Source: Lama guanicoe
Taxonomy: Eukaryota
Direction of reading: 5' to 3'
NCBI GenBank assembly: GCA_013239625.1
Contig: MU053695.1
Span: 1 to 42,851, forward strand
DNA length: 42,851 bases
Under the pieces are notes generated by a model. The model was given only the letters and a program-made list of their open reading frames with translations, was not told where the DNA came from and did not search any database. The first letter of the stretch is position 1, and every line of letters begins with the position of its first letter. This document shows positions 25,151 to 37,819 of the stretch, in pieces. The position numbers and the translations under genes were made by a program.

Positions 25151-25549
25151 TTCCTTACATTCACAGGTGAGTGAAGGAAGTTTCTGGGGGGGTTGAGTGT
25201 TTCGCTCATGCACAGAGCTGGTAAGTGTCAGGCCAAGGTGGGTTTCAGGTACCTATGAAACTGAGGGAGGCTTGAGTGATTCCGTTTCTGTTGGTTAGTA
25301 TTTCTCAGGTGTCTCTTTTTTTTCTGGCTCTAACTTTTGACCTCTTTCTGTTATTCTTTTAAGCTTTCAACCAGTTTTAAGTTTTGATTTGCTTTGTTTC
25401 AGGTAAACAAGTGAAATCTGTAAATCTTTTAACTGATTATTTATTTCACCTAAATACATTGTGACTAGTGATGATGTTTTATTTCTAGCATCGTGTTTTG
25501 TGATTTCCATTTGCTTTGCTCTGCTTTTCTCCTGCCTGTTATACACCTT

Positions 25550-25750
25550 GCAGTCATGGTTAAGGGCATGGCGTCTAGAGACAGCCTATCCGGGCTTGGT
25601 TCCCTCCGTTGCTAACCATGTAACCAGGATATGTAATCCCTTTGTGACTCACTTTCTTCATATACAAAAAGTGGTACTATCCACCTCAAAGACTGTGAGC
25701 ATTAAGTGATAAAATAGATGAAGAACTTAGAATAGTGACTGGCTTATTTT
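25550..25750. mobile_element. MIR SINE remnant
   Basis: ggttaagggcatggcgtctagagacag...ccacctcaaagactgtgagcattaagtgataa...agaacttagaatagtg. Confidence 0.55.
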
Positions 25751-25759
25751 GCATGCTTC

Positions 25760-27190
25760 ATTTTGACTTCTTTATTTTTATTCTCTTTTTAAACAATTAT
25801 TTTACAGATTACTCTTGAATTTTAATGAACACCCTAGATATTGAAGGTTAAAATGTTATTAAACCCACACATTGAATTTTATATACCAAATGTTATCTGT
25901 ATTTTGTTTCCATAAGTTCTGTTTAATTCTTTAAAAAATTGATCTGTTTTATTTTTCATGATGTCCTGATTTTTCATTATGTTACACATGATTCATTATA
26001 TTTTTAAATGATTCAGTCATACTTATTTTATGCTCTCTCTTAGATTGTTTCATAATTTTAGGCTATGGAATATTAATCATCTTGTGTTTTAGGGTTAGCT
26101 CTTTCTTCCCTGTGGCCACTTACTTCCTTCTGTTTTTAGTTGTGTGTCTGTGTGTGTGTAGAGTTGTGGGAACTTCTCTTTAGTGAGTACAATTTGTTTC
26201 CTATGATTGTCCCTTACATCCTGGTTTTTAAAGTTTCCCTAGAGAACAGTTTTGTGATGCTCATCCTAAGGCTCCAGGTGATCTGATCAACCTTGAATTA
26301 TTATATTTTTTGGTTTGGGAATTCCTGATTCTAAAGTGGAGTATCAATTTGGATTCCACATTCATATAAAGCAGGGGCATGGAGATTAGATATTTTTAAG
26401 GGAGACTTTATTTTTCCCTAGAGAACCGGTTCCTTCACCCCTTTCCTGTGTGCACACGTGGAGAAATTTGAGTCTCCTTTTCGGTGAAGAGGCAAGTCTT
26501 CCAATACATCTTATGCAAAGGTTTCTACAAAGGAAGACTCTTCTGCATCTGGTATGGACCCTTTTTCCAAAATGGACATTGTATCCCTATTTATGTGCAG
26601 ATTAAAACCCCTTCCCTCCAGGGTGCGGTGGCATCAGCTCTGAAGGTGACCATTCTGGTTTTAAGTGTCCTCTTTGTATTGTCACCTGGGAACTCTCTCT
26701 CCATAGTTAGCTCTGTGTTACTTTTGTTGTTGTAATTTATCCGGCATTACTGAAAGTTGTACTTAACAGGGATCAAAATTCACTCTGTTCACCTTTTTTC
26801 AGAACTGAAAGCTTCAGTTCTAGAGTACCTGTTTGATTTTTCTTAAAAATACATTCCAGTATATTTCTCTGGTGAAAATCTTTACCCTGTTATCTATTTT
26901 CCCATCTTTTCCTTATATTCTTGAATATATTAAAAGTAATTATTTTATAGCCTTTATTAACTCTGAGGCCTGCATTACCTGTGGGTTTTCATCCATTGTC
27001 TAATGTTTCTTATTCTCATATTATCCGTCCTACAGTTTTGACATGTTGCATGCCTAGAATTTGTTTATTTCATGGCAGACATCGTGAATGAAAAATCCAT
27101 ATATTAACTTCCATGAGAGGTTTTCTACCTTTCCATTAGGCAGACAGGGTGAGGGACTGATCATCTCACTCCAATCAGGCGCTGAGGTGG
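25760..27190 (-). mobile_element. Highly degraded ancient L1 remnants
   Basis: T-rich antisense-L1-like composition; family not resolvable by eye. Confidence 0.35.
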
Positions 27191-27209
27191 GTCAGAACTG
27201 AAGTGCCTT

Positions 27210-28785
27210 TTTTCTTAAAACAGCTTTGAGGTATACTTGGCAAAATAATTTTCACATACGTAGTGTACAACTTAATACACTTTGGCATAAGTATATCCCC
27301 AAGAAACCATGACCACACTCAAGACTGTGAACATACCCATCACCCACAAAGCTTTTCTTCTGCCCTTTGTTGTCCCTCCCTCCCTCCCCATCTCCTCCCC
27401 TGGAAACCATTGATCTGCTTTCTAACACAACATATTGGTTTGCATTTTCAAGATCCTTGTATGAATGGATTCATGCAGTATCTACTCTATGTTGTCTGAC
27501 TTCTTTCATTCAGTGTATTTATTTTGAGAGTCATCTGTTTTGCTGTGGGCATTATTAGCTTATTTGTCTTATAGCAGAGAATTCTTTAGTGCTGAATTAT
27601 TGCTGACTAATTTATTGTGAGTAGTGTTTGCATAGACCATCATTTGTTTACCCATTTACTTGTTGATGGGTTATTTACAACTTTGGCTATTATAAATAAA
27701 ATTACAATGAATATTTGGTTACAAGTCTTTGTATGGACATACACTTTTATTTTCTAAAGCACCAGATGATGAATGTCTGGGTCATATGGTAGATAGGTGT
27801 TTACCTTTTTTAGGGAAACTGCTTAACAGTTTTCCAAAATGATTGTATTATTGTAAATTCCTTATTGGTGTGTATCAGTTCTGGTTGCTCTGCTTCCTTG
27901 CCAGCATTTTGTGAGGTCAGTCTTTCGAACTGTATTCATTCTAGTTTTTATGTGTAGTAGTATCTCACTGTGGTTTTTAAAAGCATTTCACTAATGACTA
28001 ATGGCATCTTTAATCAGCATCTTTTCATATGCTTATTAGCCATCTGGATATCTTTAGTGAAGTGTGTTTTCTGGCCTTGCTCACTCATTCAGGTGTTGAC
28101 TTTATTACTGAGTTCTAAGAGTTCTTTATTCTGGATCAGATACAAAGAGAGGGCATCCTTTGTCAGATATATGATCTGCAAATAGCTTCTGTCTATGGCT
28201 TGTCTTTCATTTGCTTAGCAGTGTTTAAGAAGAGCTTTGAAGTGTCTTCATTTTGATAAAGTTCACTGTATCCGTTTCTTTTTAAAATAGATTATACTTT
28301 TGGTGTCATAGCAAAGAAATATTTGCCAAACTCAAGGTCATAAAGTTTAAGCCTATGCTTTTTTTCTCTTCGATGTTTTATAGTTTTAGATTTTCTGTTA
28401 AGATCTATGATCCATTTTGAGTTAATTTTTGTGTATGTTGTGAGGTATAGATCAAAGTTTCTTTTTTTTTTTTTTTGCAAATGGATATCCAATTGTTCCA
28501 GCACTATTTGTTGAAAAGATCCTTCCTCCACTGCATCCTTATTGAGAATCAATTGTCCATATAAGTTTTGCTTTAGTTCTGAATATTCTGTTCCTTTCCA
28601 TTATTCTATTTCCTGTTTTATGTCAACATCATACTGTCTGATTACTGTAGCTTTATATATAAAAAAAAGTCTGAGAATCAGATAATGAAGTCTTCCAGGT
28701 TTGTTTTTCTTGTTCAAGCTTGTTTTGGATATTTGGGCTCCTTTGCATTTTTATGTGAATTTTAGAATCAGTTTTTAAATTCCCT
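27210..28785 (-). mobile_element. L1 3' region (ORF2 C-terminus plus 3'UTR), antisense
   Basis: ORF track 28292-28552 gives YTKINSKWIIDLN..KTIK, an L1 ORF2 C-terminal motif; also gatatccaattgttccagcactatttgttgaaaagat. Confidence 0.85.
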
Positions 28786-30464
28786 CCTTTACATCCTGTT
28801 CTGCTAAAGTTCCACGCATGTCTTTGGCCATCTCCAAGGCCACTTTTTCTGAAGAAGCCTCTCTAGATCCCAGGTGAAAGGAATTTCTCTTTCTTCTGTG
28901 CTCCATTCACACTTCATAATATTTGATTGCACTTATTCAAATTTGGCTGTATGTACTTGTCTGAACTTTCCTGCCATATAGTAAACCTCTCAAGATCAGG
29001 AATCTTGACTCGGTTCCCTCTGTCTGCTGAGAAAACTAGTTCTATGCTTTGCAGGAGTGAGCCCTGCAGTAAGAGGCATCTGCAGCACACATCTAGCTCA
29101 TCGCTTGCATATTTTCAAGGAATCCTGCAGATCTAGAATTGTTTATTGTTTGTTATCGCCAAGATGGCTCAGTCTTTACTATTTCTATTGCTACTTCTGC
29201 ACTTTCAAAGAACAATGGGCTAATTATTTTCCAAATATCAAAACACACTGAAATTGATTTGTGATGCTAATATGTGCTGCTGTGTGTTACTTAACAATCT
29301 GCTTAGTGTTCACAGGCTCCTTCACTCACGGAACTTTTGGAAGGATGACACATCCTTAGAGATAGCAATGCTGTCTTTGGCAACCTAAGCAGCAGTATCT
29401 GAGCTCACTCCTGCTGTATTTACAGTGTCCCCTCTAGCCCTCCTCCAGCCCTCCATGGGGGGACCTGCAGTTCTGCCCTTGAAAAGCCTGTTGCTTCTCA
29501 GGAAGACTTTTCATATGAAACATAAGCATGTCCTTCTTGTGGGGACATTCAGTCCAGAGACCTGATAGCAGGGGAAAATGTTTAGTCTGCGTTTGGTACA
29601 GCCTAAACTCTGCCATACTTACTAGAAGCAAATCCAATGAGGAAATTGTGTTGGCATCTAACAAATCAGCATAAATATCTGAAGAGGAAGATCAGCTTCC
29701 CCATCCCACTCAGGCGTCATGTTGATGTGACACTCACCATGGCTAACATTTTCTCCTGTGAGCAACATAAAGTTCAAGACATTATGAATGGCTTTTTGTT
29801 TTTCTTCCTTAGTCTTTCTACATTTGCTGTGTCTAGTGAGATTATATGAATCCTGCTTATTTTCAGCCCAGCACTAAGCTTTTTAAAGGATCACGTGTTT
29901 AAAAGCTTAGTGGACAATTTGTTAGAAGGTAGAAATCTCCTTAGATTTTGGTCCTAGAGTTGAATCTTGGTTAGTGGTGAATGAAAATTCCCCTTAAAAT
30001 TTTAAATACAGTGATACAAACTTTTAAAAATAATTAAATATTAGTTAATTCATTAAACACTATACCAGTTATTTACCTCTAAGCCTGTTTCTGTGACAGT
30101 ATTGCAATGATTCACTCTCTTTATTGATTTCCTCTTTATCAGAGTCCTTGAGAGGCCCCTGTCAGCACTGTCAACATCATCAGCATCATCATGAAACTGA
30201 TTCCTCTGGAAGATTCTAGGAAAATAAGGATGGATTGGGATACATGTAGGTGTGAGTGTGTGCATATACAATAAGAACAGTTGTCAGACATTAGATGCAT
30301 TATATCCATTCCATTTAGAGAAAAATGTGGCCATGAAATCCTCATGTGGTGAAGGAAGGAAGTGGTGGGAACAGGATGGTCAATGGAAAGGAGGAGGAAG
30401 TGAGCAAATCTGGGAGCATAGATCCTCATTTAGGAGATCACATTGGTGAGAATGAGGAGAGTGT

Positions 30465-31225
30465 GGTGGCAGAATAATGTGTCCTCCCACCCCCAGCAAT
30501 GTAGCCACCTGTGACATGTTACTGCACATGGCAAAAGGGATGACAGATATTTCAGGACAAAAATATTAAAGGATTTCTGTCTTCTAAATTGTCTACTAGT
30601 TAGCCTTATAAAACCATGATACATTATTAAAGATTAGTGCTGGGCAACAAATAAGCAGGAGTCATATAATCTCACCAGACATAGTGAATGTGGAAAGACT
30701 AAGAAAGAAAAAACAAAAGCCATTTGTAAGTGTCTTGAACCTTAAATTGCTCATGAGAGGAAACGTTACCCCAGGTGAGTGTCACAGCCACATACATAAT
30801 ACCTCAGTGGGGTGAGACAAGGGGATCCTGAGATGAGGTGAGTAGCCTGGATTGTCCAGGTGAGCCCAGTGTAATCACAGGGGTACTTAAAAGTGGAGGA
30901 CATTTCCCAGCTGAGTTTAGGGTCAGAGGGAGGTATAGCCACGGAGCAACGTTCAGAAAGGCTGCTGGCCGTGAAGATGGAGGAAGTCATGGGGCACAAG
31001 CTAAGAAAGGTGGGTGACCTCTGGAAACTGGAAAAAAAACAAGGAAACATTCTCTTCTAGACCCTCCAGAAAGCAGGCACGCTGCTGGTACCTTGAATTT
31101 AGCCCAGTGGGAACTGTGTTGGATCTCTGACCTCCACAGCCATAAGGTGATAAATCCATGCTGGTTTAACTCTTTAAGTTTCTGGAAATTTGTCACAGTA
31201 GTAATAGAAAAGTAACATAGGGAGG
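30465..31225. mobile_element. MLT1 (MaLR) LTR fragments
   Basis: tgtggtggcagaataatg...gcacatggcaaaaggga; gattgtccaggtgagcccagtgtaatcacagggg...ataaatccatgctggtttaactctttaagtttctggaaatttgtcacagtagtaatagaaaa. Confidence 0.7.
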
Positions 31226-31549
31226 GGTTGTGTAAGGGATTAAAGGTCTGGGATGTGGTGTGGAGAGGATTCTGACATTTACACCTAAAAAACCACCAGA
31301 TGAGGTGGTAAGGTGTCATCTTCAAACCAAATTTTAGGGAGAACTACGTGGCAGGGCTGTTAAGCAGACTGGAGTGAGGAGAGCATTGGAGTAAAGAAAT
31401 CAATGAAGCCTCTACCAGGAAAATAAGGAGTAAAATGTCACAGGGCTTCAGTGGTAGTGGATGTAGGAAAGGAAATGGGTAGAGGGATATAAGCATTACT
31501 TTGAAATTAGCTACAGGTTCGATGACCGCATGTTGGGGAGAGTTAGCCG

Positions 31550-31822
31550 ATGTGTAGACTGAATGCATCCCCTCTAAATCCATATGTTGAAACCCCATCT
31601 CCCAGTGTGCCGGTGTGGGGAGGTGGGGCCTTTGGGAGGGGATTAGGATAAAATGAGGTCATGAGAGTTGAGCTCTCATGAATGGGATTTGTGCCCTTAT
31701 AAGTGTCCCAGAGAGCTCACCTCTCTCTGTTCCTCAGCCTCCAAAACTGGAAGAACATGCTGGTTGTTTAAGCCGCCTGACCCATGGTAATTAGTTACAG
31801 CATCCCAGACTGATGAAGACAG
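31550..31822. mobile_element. MLT1A-like LTR
   Basis: aggtggggcctttgggaggggattagga...ctcatgaatgggatttgtgcccttataag...gactgatgaagaca. Confidence 0.7.
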
Positions 31823-31889
31823 TGGAGAATGCCTCTGAGCTTGGAACTGATTGCCTGGAGAATGCTGGAACCCAGGGAAGTGGGCAGCA

Positions 31890-31992
31890 CAGACGTTTAC
31901 TCATTTAATCCTGCCAGCACAGTAGGAGATATAGTCTACATATTCCTCGCTACTTAAAAGGTAAGGAAAAAGAGGCACAAATAATAACAATG

Positions 31993-32024
<32 letters not shown>

Positions 32025-32115
32025 AATTTGTCCAAGATTCACACAGAACCCCCTGGAGGCAGAGTGAGAATTTATACACATGCAGGCTGGCCCCAGAGCC
32101 CCTGCTCATAACTAA
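31890..32115. mobile_element. MIR remnant with an internal (CAA)n microsatellite (31985-32026)
   Basis: ctcatttaatcctgccagcac...aggaaaaagaggcaca...(aac)n...tttgtccaagattcacacag. Confidence 0.6.
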
Positions 32116-32836
32116 CTAAGTCAGCTTGCTTATGTGGATCAGTTTTTTTCAACTGTGATATGAGGGTACTGTGTCCAGTAACTTATAATTTCAAAATATC
32201 TCACTGTAAGGGAATCATTAGTCACAGACATTACAAACCACAAAAAAGCTAGACATACAAAAAAAGACTCATTAGGGCAAGATAAACAATAATGTTTTTA
32301 AACATTATACCTGCTGAGCCTTTGCAATAAAATGTTTATTTATAATTCTGTCTGGCTACAGAATAACATCATAATCCTGCATGAGGCTGGTGGCTCCCAT
32401 GGTGGACAGCACGGGCCTAGAGAATTTAAATGACTTGCCCATCATCGCCCAGAAAGCTTGAGGTGGGATCAGAGCTACAGTCTGGGACTTTAACTTCCTA
32501 TCCAACAAGTCCCTCATGGAGGCTTAGAAGCTTCTCCTTTGGTGCCCAGCTGTCTATCCGTACTTATGACATCTTGTCAGGTGTCCCAGCCTGCTCCCGA
32601 ACATCAGCCAGAACCCACTTCTGTTCTTTTCTGGCCAGGTGATACCTTCCAGCAACTTCCATTACCTTCTTGGCATCAGTTCTTACCTGGAAGTGTAGTG
32701 GATAGAGATGGAAATGGGTCATGACAGGATTTTCATAAACATAGCAGGAGTGGTCAAGAGAAGAGAACGTCAGGAAGAAAGACCAGTGGAAGCAAGTCAT
32801 TAAATACATCAAGTGGATACATTCAATGTATGTTTG

Positions 32837-33363
32837 TGTTACCGAGTCCAAACTCGTTCTGCTTGCTGCATGATAGGCCAGTAAGTCAGGAGACCAGGTT
32901 TTGAGGCAAGGAATAGTGACTTTATTCATAAAGCCAGGTGAATAAAGAAGACGGTGGGCTAATGTCCTGGAGAACAATCTACCTCAAGTCAAAATTCAGG
33001 CCCATTTTATATTAGAAAGGGGCAGGCGGTGTGCTTGTTTGTTGCAGAATTCTTGGTGTAGGAGTTCCTTGTTGTTAGAATCCTTTGTTCTTGCAGGTCT
33101 CCACCTGGGTCAGATCCCAGTAAACCTCCAACAAAACAAATGTTATTTTCCATTCTGCAACTTCTCTTTATATGAATGGAAAAGTGTTAATATCCTTAAA
33201 GGTCAGAGCCTTGAGAACAGGCTCTCCTGTATATTACAGGCTCTACACAACATTGTATTACAAAACGCACAGAATCAACAAGACTAAGCCTAGAAAACAG
33301 GGCACAGGGTTAAAGTCAAAGGAACATATCTACCATGGAGTCAGATTTGTTCTTTTCTATTAA
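32837..33363. mobile_element. Solo ERV LTR
   Basis: tgttaccgagtccaaactcgttctgc...ttgaggcaaggaatagtgactttattc...tttgttcttttctatt; resembles Laurasiatherian ERV1 LTR consensus sequences as recalled. Confidence 0.6.
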
Positions 33364-33809
33364 AAGAGCAGAAACTTCTTGAGGATGATGTTTATTTGAA
33401 TTATAATTTTCTAATTCTTTTGAACTTTTGCTCACTTCCATTTCATTTGCTTCTGTTGAATTGCTCATGGCTTCTGTACACTTCAGTATAATTTACTGTG
33501 ATCCCAGAAATGTCCAGCCTTTGTCTGTGTTTGTGATGCTTCCATTTCCCATTTGTTGCTCTGATTACTTTTAATTTTCTATTTATTTTCTGTACTTTGC
33601 CAACTATTCTCTATTCCTGTAGGCTTTCAATGTATTTCATAAACTCTTCTTTATCTTTCTTGTTCTTTTGTTTTGTAGAAAAATGAATGCTTTAAGTCAT
33701 GTTTCCCATAACACAATAAACAACAACTTTCACCATTCTTGAAAAGCTATTATGCTATCTAGAGTGTTCCATTATCTGAAATTTTATTTTTCCCCTTTAT
33801 CCTTTTAAA

Positions 33810-33969
33810 TTGGAGGCAATTCACAAACACTGTTGTGGATGATGGGCGGAGGATTTTGGTCCGATGGGACAGTCGGGGCTGGGCTGGCATCGGGGTCTTC
33901 TGCCCGGGACTTGGGAGTCGCCCCTCTGCTCTACTCCGGGTGCCGAGCTCTCCGGTTCTGAAACAATAT
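33810..33969 (-). pseudogene. DUXC: DUXC copy B terminal exon, 5' 160 nt only
   Basis: cctag|ATA TTG TTT CAG AAC CGG AGA GCT CGG CAC CCG GAG TAG gives ILFQNRRARHPE*, with W to L and a stop at 33931-33933. Homology to copies A and C ends at ~33810. Confidence 0.88.
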
Positions 33970-34026
33970 CTAGGCAAGATGAGAGAAAGGGAGACAGGTA
34001 CATCAGAAGCAAGACATTCCACATTG

Positions 34027-34330
34027 CCTTGCAACCCCCATGCCAGCACCCCTGTTCTGACAGACTCCGGGCAAAAACACTGCCTTCGGCTAGGCCTTGA
34101 CCCGGGGTGATGTGACCTTTGCCGGTCCCAGGGCCTTGTAAAATTAGGGGCAAAGTCAGGGCCACACTGGAAGCCTGGACCTTGCAACCCCATGCCAGCA
34201 CCACTGTTCTGACAGACTCCGGGCAAAAACACTGCCTTCGGCTAGGCCTTGACCCGGGGTGATGTGACCTTTGCCGGTCCCAGGGCCTTGTAAAATTAGG
34301 GGCAAACTCAGGGCCACACTGGAAGCCTGG
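34027..34330. repeat. ~152-bp tandem duplication inside the DUXC copy B last intron
   Basis: ccttgcaacccc...cacactggaagcctgg at 34027-34178 and 34180-34330; single in copy A. Confidence 0.95.
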
Positions 34331-34529
34331 CTTCCATGAGAGATCCCTCGCCAACTGGCTAGAATGTCGGGACCCCTCCCAGGCTGTCCGGCACCTCCTC
34401 TGCCCCGTCCCCTTCAGGAAATGGATGCCTTCAGGTCAGGCACCTGAGTGAATGCCTATGGGGAAACTTACCCACCCCATCCCCCTCGCCAACACACAAT
34501 GACCCACCCACACATCCAAAACCATCTCA

Positions 34530-34814
<285 letters not shown>

Positions 34815-34859
34815 TCACATTCAGTGCACACAAAATCTGCCGTATGTAGGAAATGGCAC

Positions 34860-35190
34860 ATCAGATAGATAGGTAGGTAGATAGAGAGATAGATAGATAA
34901 ATAGATGATAGGTACAGAGAGAGAGACAGACAGATTGAGAGATACATAGGTATAGATTTACATAGATAGATGACAGATCGATAGATAGAATATAAATAGA
35001 TACATAGATCATCTTTACACATATATTTTTATATACATATATCTATCTCGATGTCTAAAGTGTATTATCATGTGTATGTATAAGTATACACAGGCACAAT
35101 GCATTCCCCCACCCACACAGACACATCCACACAGACACACCCACACAGACACACACAAACACACACATACACACTCACACACACTCACGG
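34860..35190. repeat. (GATA)n/(TA)n/(CA)n compound microsatellite in a DUXC intron
   Basis: gatagataggtaggtagatagagagatagatagata... and cacacagacacacccacacagacacacac. Confidence 0.9.
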
Positions 35191-35636
35191 TTTCCATTTT
35201 TAATTTTAATAATTCACTTTTAAAAATTTATTTATTGCTTGACTGTTTGTTTGCTTGTTTCTCTAGTTTACTGTTTGGTTGTTTTCCCAGCATGTTTTCT
35301 GGAGTGTTCTGAAGCCCTGATGGGCCAATGTTGGAACAAAGCTTGCTAAAGGACCAAAGTAGCCCGAGAAAAACATTTGTGCATTGATAAAGAAGGGAAT
35401 TCTGCACTTCAGACAGTTTCAGGACCAGATGATTTAAAGCCTTCCTGGCTATGCAAGACCCCACCTTCCACACAGGGTCACGATGCTACTGGTCAAAGCA
35501 CCAGCAGGGCAAGGGCCAGGTAGTCTTGTTTCCTCTCCTAAGGCTTCTCTGCTGACTCCTTGTCACCCACGTTCAGAGATGAATCTGTCTCCAGGAACCC
35601 TTCTGGGAAAATGCCTTTGGAAAGCCAGGGACTCAC

Positions 35637-35751
35637 CTTGAGTCAGAGCCTGAGGCTCGAGCACATGATGCGATTGCCTGTCTGGTAACACGTTCTCCGA
35701 TGGCGGACGGTTCTGCCTTAGGCTTCTTCTTCATTGGTTTTGGAACCAAAC
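35637..35751 (-). pseudogene. DUXC: DUXC copy B exon encoding the end of HD1 and the linker
   Basis: ttctacttag|GTT TGG TTC CAA AAC CAA TGA AGA AGA... gives VWFQNQ*RRSLRQNRPPSENVLPDRQSHHVLEPQALTQ, then G|gtgagt. 115 nt, phase 0 to 1, TGA at 35731-35733. Confidence 0.9.
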
Positions 35752-36719
35752 CTAAGTAGAAGGAGAAAAACCCTTGTCACTCAAATGCTTAGGGATAGAT
35801 CTCAAGAGCTATCACAGTGATTAACAACAGAACAAACAGACAAGACAAGAATGGACAAACTGTAGAGTCCATGTGCCCCCAGGGGAAGGATTTAGCCCCC
35901 AAAGGGACTGAACTTGCCACAGATTATGGCTTTCACCTCAGAAGAACTGCCCAGGATTCCAGAAAACACAATCCACATGGAAGAAAATCAGCATTTCCCA
36001 TGCCATCCTCTCTCTAGGATCCAAAGACTAAAACCCTTGAGGCAGGAGACAATGTTTCCTTTCCCAAAGTCAGTCTGAAGGAGCTTGCTAATATTCTCTC
36101 TCTCTCTCCTCCTCTCACTTTCCCTCATTTACTCCCCCGACCCACTCTCTCTAATCATCTGTCTCAATCTATCTCCGTTTATTTCTCCCACTGTTTAACT
36201 CTGTCTCTCTTGACATTTTCCATTTCTGTCAAACCTGCCACGGTCCCTGTTGGCCTGGTATTCTCACTCTCCGATTCTGTCCGTCTACCTGTTTCTGCCT
36301 GTTGCTCTTTTCCTTACTCTCAGTCCCTGTCTCTGACCCTGTGTCCATTTCTCACTCTTGTTTCTCTCACTTGCTCCCTCTGAGTCTTTGTGCCTCCTTT
36401 TTGGCCTTGCTCAGTGCCCAAGGAATGTTCCTCTGTTCTCCATTGTAGCCCCATGTACAGCACCCTTTCCTAACACACCACGCATAGGTGAGTGCTCTTG
36501 TCCAAAATTCACTGAACACGGGTGACCCCCTGAAAACCCCATGCTGCCTGGAAATGACTCCTTGCCAGGGAGCTCTTAGGAGCACAAGGTCTTGCCACTT
36601 CCAGTTCTGGAGGCTCTTATGTTCCCAATCCCCACCTTTGAAATCTGTGTCACTGTCTTCAACAGTGAAGCCACATGTTGCCTTCCACGCTCCCCAAGAA
36701 ACAGGTGCAGAGTTAGGTT

Positions 36720-36800
36720 TGGATGGAGTGGAGTGGAGTGGAGTGGAGTGGCGTGGAGAAGGGTAGGGTGCAGCAGAGTGAGGTCGAGTGAGGTCAGGTT
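36720..36800. repeat. (GGAGT)n pentamer repeat
   Basis: tggagtggagtggagtggagtggagtgg decaying to gagtgaggtc. Confidence 0.85.
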
Positions 36801-37577
36801 AGGCTTTGTGGAGGGCCGGGTGGCGGGGTTTGGGTTTGGAGATGGGAAGGTGTGGCCATCAGGGTAGATTTGGGTGTCGGTGAGGTTGTGGGCTGTGTGT
36901 TTGCAATTTTAGGCATCTCTGATGGGGCAGGGTGGGCAGTTATTTGAACCTGCCAGCCAGATCAGTAATGGAAGCCTGCGCGTGTTAGTGCCCCTTGAAA
37001 TGTCGCAGGCACTGTGCTCCTGCTCCTGCGGTTCTCCCCTTTCAGGACTCCTCTCCCAGCTGACCAGACAGGACGCCTTGAGCAGCGGTAGTGCCTCGGG
37101 GGTGAGCCACAAAGGACCGAACTCCCTGGCACGAGCAGCCTCACGCACCCTCGTTCCCTGGGCTTGGATTCCTGCCCACCCGTTGGCATAGGACCCAGGG
37201 CCACTCAGCTCCCCCTGGCCCTGTTCTCCCAAGGGACAGCCATTCCTTCTCGGGAGACCTCAAGCACCCAGGAGCACCAAGGGGAGGAGACGGGTCCTGT
37301 CCCTAGCGTGCCCTCCACCACCAAGTGTCTGTAGCCAATTGCATATTGGGCTCGGAAGCCACGTACAAACCCTGCAGCACAGACGCTCATTAGAGGACCC
37401 CCATTTTATTGATGCTGGCTGGCTAACCTTCGGGTCCCTCCCAATGCACGAGAGACAAATCCAAGTTAAGCTTCTGCAGCCAGCTTCCCGACCAGGAAGT
37501 TGGAACCTACACGGCTCGGGCAGGGAGCGTAGGGACATGGACCCCGAGAGAGGAAGAATCCAGAGACTGAGATTTAC

Positions 37578-37732
37578 CTGAATTCTGCTTTCAGCAATGC
37601 CCTGGTCACGGGCTATGCTTTCATGGGCCTTGATGCCAGGGTAGGGGTTCTTTTGAAAGAGGGCTTGCAGAGCGTCCTTTTGACTGAGCTTCAGAACCAG
37701 CCTCCTTCTCCGCTGTCCACCTGTGCGTGGGC
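37578..37732 (-). pseudogene. DUXC: DUXC copy B exon encoding most of homeodomain 1
   Basis: tttggcag|GC CCA... gives PRTGGQRRRRLVLKLSQKDALQALFQKNPYPGIKAHESIARDQGIAESRIQ|gtaaat, with the DUX HD1 signature RRRRLV...NPYPGI. Confidence 0.92.
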
Positions 37733-37794
37733 CTGCCAAAGGCAACAGGGGGAAACTTCTGAGAGGGGATCCGTTGAGCCGCACCAACAGTTGT

Positions 37795-37819
37795 GCCGGG
37801 TGGTGATGGATGGGGCCAT
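37795..37819 (-). pseudogene. Putative short first coding exon of DUXC copy B (MAPSITTR)
   Basis: ATG at 37819 just upstream of the HD1 acceptor. A 25-nt phase-1 exon would fit, but no GT donor follows it. Confidence 0.35.

Noticed and set aside
34027..34330. Repeats as a CRISPR-like or other prokaryotic system
   Set aside because: Simple two-unit tandem duplication in mammalian intronic DNA, with no spacers or cas genes.
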